Source: a virus. Taken from it: a stretch of DNA of 64,000 nucleotides. Under the pieces are notes generated by a model, which worked only from the letters and a program-made list of their open reading frames with translations, did not search any database and was not told the DNA's origin. The position numbers were made by a program, and so were the translations under genes. Below are positions 41,736 through 49,946 of this stretch, one piece after another. The stretch lies in the IMG/VR virus record IMGVR_UViG_3300009152_000030, positions 110,118 through 174,117 of that record. One strand, written 5' to 3'. The first letter of the stretch is position 1; each line of letters opens with the position of its first letter.

Positions 41736-42296
41736 TTAGCCTGAGCTACCAAATCCATTCTCTCCCCTTTGAGTATTAAGATACTCTTTTGGGACCTGAC
41801 TAATGTCATCTACAAGTTTAAATGAAAATTTAGTAGGTTCCATTGGAATAGCTTGAAGATAAGCTCTGTTAGAGTCAACTCTAAAGTCTCTGTCTACATA
41901 AACCAAAGATTGCCATTCGTTTCTATAATCCCAATCAATGTAGCCCATTGTGTTAGATAAATGAATTGCATCTGCATCAAAGACTTTAATATTTGCATTT
42001 TTACAGGCCTCAAGATAAGGAGGATCATCTATCGTCGGAGCAAGCTTACGTAAATTGCCAGAACTACTTCTAGGAAGTAGAAGCATATCTGCCCCATGCG
42101 GAGCGTAAGTCTTGAAACCAAGTGGAATCATATAAGTTAATTGATCTTCGCTGTTCTGTCTACCAAGCAGAAGAAAATTATCTGGAATATTAAAAAATAA
42201 ATCAAGTGTCTTAGCTTCGTAATTAGAAGACATCTTAGCTGTCATCAAATTAGCAGTGTCTCTATTTGTTGCTAAAACATAAATATAATCTGACAT
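41736..42296 (-). CDS. dut: trimeric dUTPase
   Basis: Motif II LLPRSS, motif III NTMGYIDWDYRNE, motif IV LQAI, motif V RGENGFGSSG. Confidence 0.85.
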   Translation of the reverse strand: MSDYIYVLATNRDTANLMTAKMSSNYEAKTLDLFFNIPDNFLLLGRQNSEDQLTYMIPLGFKTYAPHGADMLLLPRSSSGNLRKLAPTIDDPPYLEACKNANIKVFDADAIHLSNTMGYIDWDYRNEWQSLVYVDRDFRVDSNRAYLQAIPMEPTKFSFKLVDDISQVPKEYLNTQRGENGFGSSG

Positions 42297-42318
42297 CTTT
42301 ACCTCAATAAATTAAATA

Positions 42319-42693
42319 TTACTTATAATTGTTTCCAAGAATTGTCTTGCAGGTTCTTGGGATCTTAACTATTGCTCTTGCATATAGAGTCTCCATAACT
42401 GAAGGATCTTCGGCAGCTTGACTTTGGAAATCCATAAATGAAATTCCATTCTCTTCGCAGTATAGAGTCCTCTCTTTGAAAATTGCGTTTTGCAATTGTC
42501 TTAGTTCGTACTCCGCTCTCTTGCGATAGAGACGGTCAATGTTGTATTTGCCACCTGGATTAGGTCTATATGCATTATGCATTCTTAGCATATTAGCTTC
42601 ATCGCCATATATGCGTCTTGTCCTTGGAGCATCTAGGCTATCTGTTGCTGGTTGAATAGCAGTAATAGGATTATCAAAGTCAATAGGTTCCAT
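42319..42693 (-). CDS. hypothetical protein
   Basis: AAGGAG RBS; TAATG coupling. Confidence 0.55.
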   Translation of the reverse strand: MEPIDFDNPITAIQPATDSLDAPRTRRIYGDEANMLRMHNAYRPNPGGKYNIDRLYRKRAEYELRQLQNAIFKERTLYCEENGISFMDFQSQAAEDPSVMETLYARAIVKIPRTCKTILGNNYK

Positions 42694-43448
42694 TAGCTCT
42701 CCTTGCTATCTGAATACATGCTATTGCATTTTGTATACAATGGACATGTTTGTAATTTACAATTAAAAATTGGCAAGTAAACATTTTTCTTGTAAGCAAA
42801 AAGTGTACTCGCGTATACGCTATTTAATTTCCTCAGATCAATATCTTTATCTGTGAAATTCTCTATATTATAATTAGATCCACTCAAATATACAATATAT
42901 ATTTTCTTATTCCAATGCTTTAGCAATGGTAAGTGGAAGTAAGGTGTCTTAATGAATTCCTTTTTAGGGAAAAAACTAAATAAATAAATAGCTTTTTCAG
43001 TAATTAAAGGAATAGCAAAATTAACTGTTACTCCTAAACTTTCATAAAACTCAATATGATTAACATCAGTAATTGAAAGTTCTTGTAAGTAAGATCTCCA
43101 TTTAAATATAGAGAAAAGAATATCATTATTTTTATTATGAAAAATAAAACTATTCCCTGCTTTCTTCAAAAGATTTTGAGCTATCGAAAATCTTAGGACT
43201 ATGTCGGTGTCACTTGGGAAATCTCCTTTCTTTCCATAATAATTTAAAACATATACCATTAAATGGTGTAGTAACAAACTATATGGATCTTTAGAGAAAT
43301 CCCAAGCAACAACACGATCGAGTATCTCATTCCTAAAATACTCTCCGCACCTCATAAAGCTAACTAATTGATTCACGTTAAGAGCACGAAGTTTTTTACT
43401 TGTATCAACTAGATCATCAATGGGTGCAGAGATTCTAGGCATCGTCAT
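42693..43448 (-). CDS. degenerate Cas4/PD-(D/E)xK-like protein (likely Fe-S binding, catalytically inactive)
   Basis: NQLVSFMRC at the N-terminus and CKLQTCPLYTKC at the C-terminus (1+3 Cys). No D/ExK catalytic motif where expected (FAIPLITEKAIYLFSF). Confidence 0.5.
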   Translation of the reverse strand: MTMPRISAPIDDLVDTSKKLRALNVNQLVSFMRCGEYFRNEILDRVVAWDFSKDPYSLLLHHLMVYVLNYYGKKGDFPSDTDIVLRFSIAQNLLKKAGNSFIFHNKNNDILFSIFKWRSYLQELSITDVNHIEFYESLGVTVNFAIPLITEKAIYLFSFFPKKEFIKTPYFHLPLLKHWNKKIYIVYLSGSNYNIENFTDKDIDLRKLNSVYASTLFAYKKNVYLPIFNCKLQTCPLYTKCNSMYSDSKES

Positions 43449-45984
43449 CCTCTAAAGCCCAGACGTCAACGTCTTCTTTCTTGGCATAGTCTTTGTTGTT
43501 CTTATCATCAGCCTGGTCTCTGGCATTAACAACCTGAGCAATCTCATAGGTGTCAACTTCTTCGAACCATGAGCTCGTGGGATGGAATAGGAAACAGTGA
43601 GTATCCTTATCGCCTGAGATCTTGTTCTTGCCAATGATTGCCTCAATGACTGGGAACTTCTGGACAACACCAGGACGGCTAACACTCTTAGTCTCATGGT
43701 ACCAGTTACTCTTATCGCCAAATACATGCTTATGATTATAAACGTGTACAATAGCGCTAGCGTCGTATCTAAAGGCACGGGACTCTGCTAGGCTAGAGTT
43801 AGTCGGGCGCTGATCCTTCTGCCTCTTATTCGAGTCGCTGTTGTACTCTAGGGTACCGCCAATAGCAATGTTGTGACGGACTGAAGCCATCTTAACACGA
43901 TTAGAGATATCCTTGAATGCAAGACGCGCATCAGCATTACCAAGCGGAAGCTTATGAATATTATCTAGGTAAGCAAAGATATTATCGCTAGGATACTTTT
44001 TACGAAAACTAGCAATAGCACGCTCAAAGTCTTCTAGGTTCTGGGCATGTGGAATGCCAAAGAGCACTAGACGTTCTTCGCGGGCCATCTTCATAATCTC
44101 CTGATAGCCAACCTTGTAAGCATAAAGCATATCCTGCTCTAGCTGAGGATCAATATCACGAAGGATCTTACCCCAGTACTTAGGACGAACAATATGATTG
44201 ATCTCTAGAGGAAAGCCATCCTCGTATCCGCGATAACCACGAGTACGATGACGACCAGCCATGGCTACAAACTTAGGAAACAACTCAGGAACGCTATCGT
44301 CAATGGTCATGTAAAGAACATGAAGATTGTTCTCAGCTTCTGGCAGTGCTAGGTTATAACATGTAAAGCTACTGAATGAACTCTTACCTGCATTCTCTTC
44401 ACCACCTATGCAAATCATGCGACCTCTTGACCAGTCATTGTTAAATGCACTGGCAAATCCGGGCATGAGTGGCATTTGAAAACCAGGGAAAACAGCTTCA
44501 AACGCTTCTGCCTCATCTTGAAAACGAAGCATCTCTTGAAGATAAAAATCACCGCTACTGACACTGGTATTGGTATCAGCCTGAATGCTTTCAATCCTGG
44601 TCCTGAGGCCATCAAGAACTGAGATAGCACTAGTAGGATTCTTACGGATATCAAGCATAGCTTGATCAGTAAGGTCTTTTACCTTCTGCTTCTGGGTAAG
44701 TTCCTTCTCATTTACGATGTTATCAATCTCTTCAGTAATAGTATTGAAGCTGTAACCAGTTTTCATACTAAGACTACGAGCTAAATCTTCTCGTTCTAGA
44801 GGACTATGGAAGCTAGAGATAAGCTTAATAAGATCAAGCATAACCTCGCGGGATCCATTCTCTCTAGTCAACTCACCAAAGAGCCAGTCAAAAGCAGGAA
44901 CATTCTCAACAGTCTTGAATACTTCAATGTCATTAGCTCTGATGAACTCATCCGGGTCAAGATCGCCGTTAACGCGAAGATCTTTAACATAAAGCTTATG
45001 GCCGCCTAGAGTACTAGCATGTTCTCTAATGGCATTGATGGTGCATTTAATGCCTGCGTCATCAGGATCAAAGCAAAGTACATACTTACTAGGATTGAGA
45101 TTCTTAAGAAGTCTAGCTTGACCTGGAGTTAGACTAGAGCCACCTGCTGCCACCGTAGCTTTAAGGCCGTTATGGTAACAAGTAATTGCACTACTCTGAC
45201 CCTCAAAGACATATAGAGTATCAGCTCCTGCCTTAATAGCTTGCTTGGCAATCTTATGATTATAAAGCAGGTTGCTCTTATCAAAGATTGGAACAATGCC
45301 ACTAGTGTTTACCCACTTATCCTTGTCGCCTTTTTGCCAAGTAATCTTACGAGCTGCAAAGCCAACGGTTCTACCTTTCTCGTCATAGAATGTGGTTACT
45401 AGTTTGTTCTGGGGATCGGCAAACATACTTGTGTCATAAATGCCAAATCCCTGGTCAGGACGCTCTTCTCTTAGCTTATCTAGTACAGTAAGCCCATCTC
45501 CAATCTCTACATAGCCAACGCCCATCTCAAGCAGTTTATCTGCATTCCATGAGCGCTCTGCAATGTACTTATACAAATCTTGGTGAGCAGTATCAGTAAT
45601 CTTGGTAATAGATGAGGAGACCTCATGATATACTTGAAAATACTTTTGACGCTCGATTTCCTCTGGGCTTGGCTTGCCAAAGTTATAGTCAATAGCAAAT
45701 AGATCTGCTACTTCCTTAGCAACATCAACAAACTCATCACCAGCAAGTTGCCGGCCAGTTCTAATTGCGTGGACGTTCAAAGAACTACCATAAAAGCCGC
45801 AACTAAAACACTTTACATATCCACGGTCATCATAAACATGCATACTAGGATTATGGTCGTCATGGTCTGGATTGACACAGACAACTTTCTTATTCTTTGT
45901 AACCTCAACACCAATCTTCTCAAGGTACTGAGAGACTGGGATTCTATCAATTGTTTCTACTAACTCACTCAGATTCGTAATCAT
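43435..45984 (-). CDS. DnaG-type primase fused to DnaB-like SF4 helicase
   Basis: CHC2-like Zn finger (CVNPDH...KCFSCG), TOPRIM (FEG, CFDPDDAG, DPDE), Walker A GEENAGKS, YLDNIH, RPTNSSLAES...YDAS and GKNK. Confidence 0.9.
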   Translation of the reverse strand: MITNLSELVETIDRIPVSQYLEKIGVEVTKNKKVVCVNPDHDDHNPSMHVYDDRGYVKCFSCGFYGSSLNVHAIRTGRQLAGDEFVDVAKEVADLFAIDYNFGKPSPEEIERQKYFQVYHEVSSSITKITDTAHQDLYKYIAERSWNADKLLEMGVGYVEIGDGLTVLDKLREERPDQGFGIYDTSMFADPQNKLVTTFYDEKGRTVGFAARKITWQKGDKDKWVNTSGIVPIFDKSNLLYNHKIAKQAIKAGADTLYVFEGQSSAITCYHNGLKATVAAGGSSLTPGQARLLKNLNPSKYVLCFDPDDAGIKCTINAIREHASTLGGHKLYVKDLRVNGDLDPDEFIRANDIEVFKTVENVPAFDWLFGELTRENGSREVMLDLIKLISSFHSPLEREDLARSLSMKTGYSFNTITEEIDNIVNEKELTQKQKVKDLTDQAMLDIRKNPTSAISVLDGLRTRIESIQADTNTSVSSGDFYLQEMLRFQDEAEAFEAVFPGFQMPLMPGFASAFNNDWSRGRMICIGGEENAGKSSFSSFTCYNLALPEAENNLHVLYMTIDDSVPELFPKFVAMAGRHRTRGYRGYEDGFPLEINHIVRPKYWGKILRDIDPQLEQDMLYAYKVGYQEIMKMAREERLVLFGIPHAQNLEDFERAIASFRKKYPSDNIFAYLDNIHKLPLGNADARLAFKDISNRVKMASVRHNIAIGGTLEYNSDSNKRQKDQRPTNSSLAESRAFRYDASAIVHVYNHKHVFGDKSNWYHETKSVSRPGVVQKFPVIEAIIGKNKISGDKDTHCFLFHPTSSWFEEVDTYEIAQVVNARDQADDKNNKDYAKKEDVDVWALEDDDA

Positions 45985-45992
45985 ACATTCCT

Positions 45993-47090
45993 CTATTTTA
46001 GTATTTCAGTAGCTATCTTTATAAGAACAGTTTTCTTAAAAAAGATAGGTTGTTTAATATTAACACTCTTAAGCCATTCTCTTATTTCAATTGGAGTATG
46101 CTCATTGTAGCCTTGAATACCATATTTTCTATAGATGAACTCTTGTTCAAGAGTATTCAATTTGTCAATTACTGAAGAGAAATTAGAACAAAAAGTTTTT
46201 TGATCTAAGTTTAAATTTACATCTTCGATTTGTTCATCTTTCTTTTCCTTGTCCACTATAAGTGTCATCGGATCTTCAGAAAATGCCTGATCATTATTGT
46301 ACAAAGCAATCTGATTGTATGGTGTATAGCTATAAATATAACCAAAGGCATGAGAAACACTTGACTCTTTCATCCTGGTAAGGCTAGAAAGTTTACCAAT
46401 ATTCTTACTAGAGTAAGGAATATTATGTTTCCGTATTGCTCCAAGGACTTTAGTTATATCAATTGTTAGATGGACTGGCAAGCGAATTAATCTAGCTTTA
46501 TTAGATAAAGCACGAGTAATCTTCTGCTTAATCCACCAAGTCGCATATGTTCCAAGTTTAACGTTTTTGTTTGGGTCATATCTATCTATTGCATACATAA
46601 ACCCAAAAACACCTTCTTGTATTAGATCATCAACAGATAATCCTTTACCGCCATAGCTACTTGCAATCTTCACTATCAAACGAAGATTATGAGCCACTAG
46701 AGTCTCTTCAAGCTCTAGAAAAACTTCCTTATATGGAATTAATTCTAGAAGATAAGATAACTCCTCTTTCTCGGCAACTAAAAGACTAGTTGTTATAGCA
46801 TCATTAGGAGATTCTAGTTTAAGTGCCACAACACCTAAGCGGTCTTTTAAATGTGTATACTGCTGCTTCAAGTAGAAATATTTACAGGCAAGACGATGCA
46901 TCTCAGCATCTTTCATTCTAGGATGGTTTTTAATGTAGTCGCTAAGATAAGCAATACTATCTTTTTCCATTCCATAGATTACAGAAGAAGAGTCAGAGAT
47001 TCGAGGCTCAAGACTGAGTGTATAGTTCCTTGTTTTCTTAGGAACTAATGTATTCAGACTAACTACCGAGTTGCTATTCGTCTTCTTCAT
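45993..47090 (-). CDS. sigma70-family (RpoD/RpoS-like) RNA polymerase sigma factor
   Basis: Region 2: NLRLIVKIA..Y..DDLIQEG..G...AIDRYDP....LGTYATWWIKQKITRAL..KARLIRLPVH. Confidence 0.9.
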   Translation of the reverse strand: MKKTNSNSVVSLNTLVPKKTRNYTLSLEPRISDSSSVIYGMEKDSIAYLSDYIKNHPRMKDAEMHRLACKYFYLKQQYTHLKDRLGVVALKLESPNDAITTSLLVAEKEELSYLLELIPYKEVFLELEETLVAHNLRLIVKIASSYGGKGLSVDDLIQEGVFGFMYAIDRYDPNKNVKLGTYATWWIKQKITRALSNKARLIRLPVHLTIDITKVLGAIRKHNIPYSSKNIGKLSSLTRMKESSVSHAFGYIYSYTPYNQIALYNNDQAFSEDPMTLIVDKEKKDEQIEDVNLNLDQKTFCSNFSSVIDKLNTLEQEFIYRKYGIQGYNEHTPIEIREWLKSVNIKQPIFFKKTVLIKIATEILK

Positions 47091-48255
47091 CGGAACCCTC
47101 CATTGTGCTAATTCTTTCTATATCAGTAACATCTAGTTTAGTTAGATCTCTAGGAGTCCCATTTGCCTCATAGCATATATTCTTGAATGGACAGTAACTA
47201 CAGTTCCAGTCGCCTTTTCTAACTTTCTTGCCTTTCGTAAACAACTCCATGTCTATTTTCGATAGTTCTTTACGACTAGCTAAGGTGGCTATCTTAGCCT
47301 GGTCATAGAAAAGTTCAAAGTCTCTGCCAGGAAGTGTTTCATTCTCAAGATGAGTATGAAGTTCCTGATAACGTTGAAGTATATGTTCAGCATACAACAC
47401 ATGCTTATATGGCTCACGATCTACATAAACTCTATGCAAGAACTTACCATTGGATACTTTCTCTTTTATAAGATCGATATCAAACTCTTTTCGCTCGCCA
47501 TTCTCACGATTAATATATGCAAGTTTCCAGTATCTATATTCCTTTTTAAGAATACAGAAATACATATGGTAAAGAATTGACTGAAGCAAATGCTCAGGCT
47601 TTGGCTCAGGTAAACTAATCCAGTGGCCTTTCTTACTCTTTACTCCAAATACTTGTCGAGGTCCTTTGTATCCTGAGATACTTTTAATCTCAATGCCAAC
47701 AATGTTATTAGTCTTAATATCACTAGAGTTTATTGAAGGATTGCCGTCTCGATCAAAGGTTGGAAGTTCATAGTCTTCTTTGGCAGGTATTGTGACTGCA
47801 AGATCTAATTCACCACTAATTACTGGTTTCAATAATTTATACGGGAATGGAAGTTCCCATTTAAATCTAAGACTATTTGTTTCATATACACAAGCTCTTT
47901 TGCTTTCATCAGTAATTGCTATTTCTGCGTATTTACTTAATGAAAACTTCCAAAGTTCCTTCGGGGTAAAAGGTTCAGCAGCTAGCACATGATCAAGATT
48001 AGGCTTGATGCTGGTAGCTTCCATGCGCTGAATCATAGCTCTGAACCATGACTTGCGAACACAACCGCCGATAATTATATCTTCGTTGTGCTCGTTTTTA
48101 ATTTTAGCGCTTGCCTCACTGGGATACAGATTAATATCTGGACGAATTCTGCTAGGTTGATTAGCAATACTTCGATCTAGTGTGCCCCAAAAGGAAAATT
48201 TATGTTCTGAGCTTGGGAATGAAACCTTTGTATCTTTCTTCGGTTTCTTCGCCAT
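47074..48255 (-). CDS. Cas4-like/PD-(D/E)xK exonuclease
   Basis: YPSEAS...GCVRKSWF, ISGELD, EIKS, QSILY, WNCSYCPFKNIC (Fe-S Cys cluster). Confidence 0.75.
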   Translation of the reverse strand: MAKKPKKDTKVSFPSSEHKFSFWGTLDRSIANQPSRIRPDINLYPSEASAKIKNEHNEDIIIGGCVRKSWFRAMIQRMEATSIKPNLDHVLAAEPFTPKELWKFSLSKYAEIAITDESKRACVYETNSLRFKWELPFPYKLLKPVISGELDLAVTIPAKEDYELPTFDRDGNPSINSSDIKTNNIVGIEIKSISGYKGPRQVFGVKSKKGHWISLPEPKPEHLLQSILYHMYFCILKKEYRYWKLAYINRENGERKEFDIDLIKEKVSNGKFLHRVYVDREPYKHVLYAEHILQRYQELHTHLENETLPGRDFELFYDQAKIATLASRKELSKIDMELFTKGKKVRKGDWNCSYCPFKNICYEANGTPRDLTKLDVTDIERISTMEGSDEEDE

Positions 48256-48282
48256 TGTTTTCCTTAAAATATAGATAATCAG

Positions 48283-48355
48283 CTCTGGCTACAGGATTCG
48301 AACCTGTGACCTAGAAATTAACAGTTTCCCGCTTCTACCGCTGAGCTAAGCCAGA
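48283..48355 (-). tRNA. tRNA-Asn (GTT), CCA not encoded
   Basis: Minus strand TCTGGCT-TA-GCTCAGCGGTAGAAGC-G-GGAAA-CTGTTAA-TTTCT-AGGTC-ACAGG-TTCGAAT-CCTGT-AGCCAGA-G forms a full cloverleaf. Confidence 0.92.
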
Positions 48356-48365
48356 ATTGATTATA

Positions 48366-48393
48366 ATAATAGACTATTTTAAAACAATGTCAA
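48366..48393 (-). promoter_or_regulatory. sigma70-type promoter upstream of tRNA-Asn
   Basis: TTGACA-16 nt-TATTAT (immediately followed by TATAAT), ending ~10 nt upstream of the tRNA. Confidence 0.6.
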
Positions 48394-48397
48394 CAGA

Positions 48398-48766
48398 TTA
48401 AATCAGCTTAATCTCAGGTGTAGGAACAACAGGAACAGGCTGAGGATCCGCAGAAAGCATATCTTCATCAGACATCTCTCTCATCTTATCGTTTGCAATC
48501 TTTGCGAACTCGCCATTCCGTCTAAGGAATTCTGCCATAAACTTGTCCTTCTCAATGGCTATACCATTAGCAGCAAGAGTGTCAACCAGAGTATCGACTA
48601 GTGCTGAAACCATGTATCCCTGATAGAGGCCAACGCTATTGTTAACAGCCATATATACATTATTCATGTATTGATTGACTTCTTCGCGGGTAGGTGAACC
48701 CTTAAGAAAGTCTTCGCTGTACTCGGGCTCTGCGGTATTGTCTTGTAGGTTATCTTGTTCAATCAT
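48398..48766 (-). CDS. hypothetical protein
   Basis: GAGGT RBS; 122 aa. Confidence 0.55.
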   Translation of the reverse strand: MIEQDNLQDNTAEPEYSEDFLKGSPTREEVNQYMNNVYMAVNNSVGLYQGYMVSALVDTLVDTLAANGIAIEKDKFMAEFLRRNGEFAKIANDKMREMSDEDMLSADPQPVPVVPTPEIKLI

Positions 48767-48776
48767 CTTGTACCTC

Positions 48777-49937
48777 TTACTTTAAATAGTTTAATGTTCC
48801 GCAATACTTAACGTCAGTCTCGTTAAATAATGTATTGCCATCTTGGTCTTGGTAAACGACTGCATATCCTAATGTAACTGCTTCCTTTGTGAACTTAGCA
48901 CTGCGCTGATAGTCCATCAACTTAACTAAGCAACCTTGCTCCATTACAAGTTTACCCTTGTAGACAAGCTTACCTAGCTTATGTGTATGTCCCATAACAA
49001 CACAATCATAACTATCCCATTCTAGGAAGTTTTGCAAATAATCGCAAGCTTTAACTACAGTGCCGAGAGGCGCGCTGAGATAAGTGCTTGGGTGTAAAAA
49101 TACGGTCTTGTTTAGTTGAAGGATCCAAGGATTACCCTGTGGATTGTATATAACGTTTGGTAGTTCTACAGTGCCAATATGAGCACCATCCTCATCTAGG
49201 ATATAACCCTTTGCTAGATAGTATAGAGTGTCCTTGCATGCAAACATCTGCATGGTTGGATCAATCTTATTAGCAAAGTATTTTTCAAGTCTATGCTCGT
49301 GGTTGCCACGTACGATATAAACCTGAGGAAAGATTCCAGCAACTTTACGAACAAATTCCAAAGCCATTGTGTACTCTAGATGCATTGGGATGTTCTTATC
49401 CTTGGCAAAGCTACTAGCGGCGTAACCGTCTAGTAAGTCGCCATTAAGAACAAGAATATCTGCATCTTTGTGTAGCCCAATAACTTCGTCAATTATTTCT
49501 TGGTTTTGGAATGGAAAGTGAATATCACTTAAACTAAGAATCTTAATTGCTGCTTCTGCTGTGCTAGCTCTCTTGGTTAGGAAAACCTTGTCCTTTGCGT
49601 CCTTAACGGCATCGAGATAAGCTTGTATACTACCTGCCTTCTCGACATCCTTTGTGACATCCTTGGGGTCTTCTGCGCTTGCTAGAGCTTGGATAACAGT
49701 TGGCTTAGTAGGGCCAATCTTCTTAGTCTTGATGTTCTTACTACTTGGGATCTTATAGTAATTAATAATCTTATTCAAGGTAGAAGTAGCTTTAGGATTG
49801 TCACCCTTCTGTACTTCTATGGCTCCCCTCTTGGCAAGGCGCTCTAGCGTATGCCTAGATATATTGTACTTAATAGAAAGTAAAGTACCAGGAATCCAAG
49901 TATCAAGATCTTCTTTTTGCCAAATAACTGTATTCAT
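48777..49937 (-). CDS. calcineurin-like metallophosphoesterase with N-terminal HTH-like region
   Basis: SDIH, NGDLLD, RGNHE, LHP, GHTH. The N-terminal LSIKYNISRHTLERLAKRGAI is HTH-like. Confidence 0.8.
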   Translation of the reverse strand: MNTVIWQKEDLDTWIPGTLLSIKYNISRHTLERLAKRGAIEVQKGDNPKATSTLNKIINYYKIPSSKNIKTKKIGPTKPTVIQALASAEDPKDVTKDVEKAGSIQAYLDAVKDAKDKVFLTKRASTAEAAIKILSLSDIHFPFQNQEIIDEVIGLHKDADILVLNGDLLDGYAASSFAKDKNIPMHLEYTMALEFVRKVAGIFPQVYIVRGNHEHRLEKYFANKIDPTMQMFACKDTLYYLAKGYILDEDGAHIGTVELPNVIYNPQGNPWILQLNKTVFLHPSTYLSAPLGTVVKACDYLQNFLEWDSYDCVVMGHTHKLGKLVYKGKLVMEQGCLVKLMDYQRSAKFTKEAVTLGYAVVYQDQDGNTLFNETDVKYCGTLNYLK

Positions 49938-49946
49938 ATAGGGACC

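Noticed and set aside
47074-48255. CRISPR-Cas locus based on the Cas4-like genes
   Set aside because: There is no cas1/cas2, effector or array in the window. Solo Cas4-like exonucleases are common in phage replication modules.
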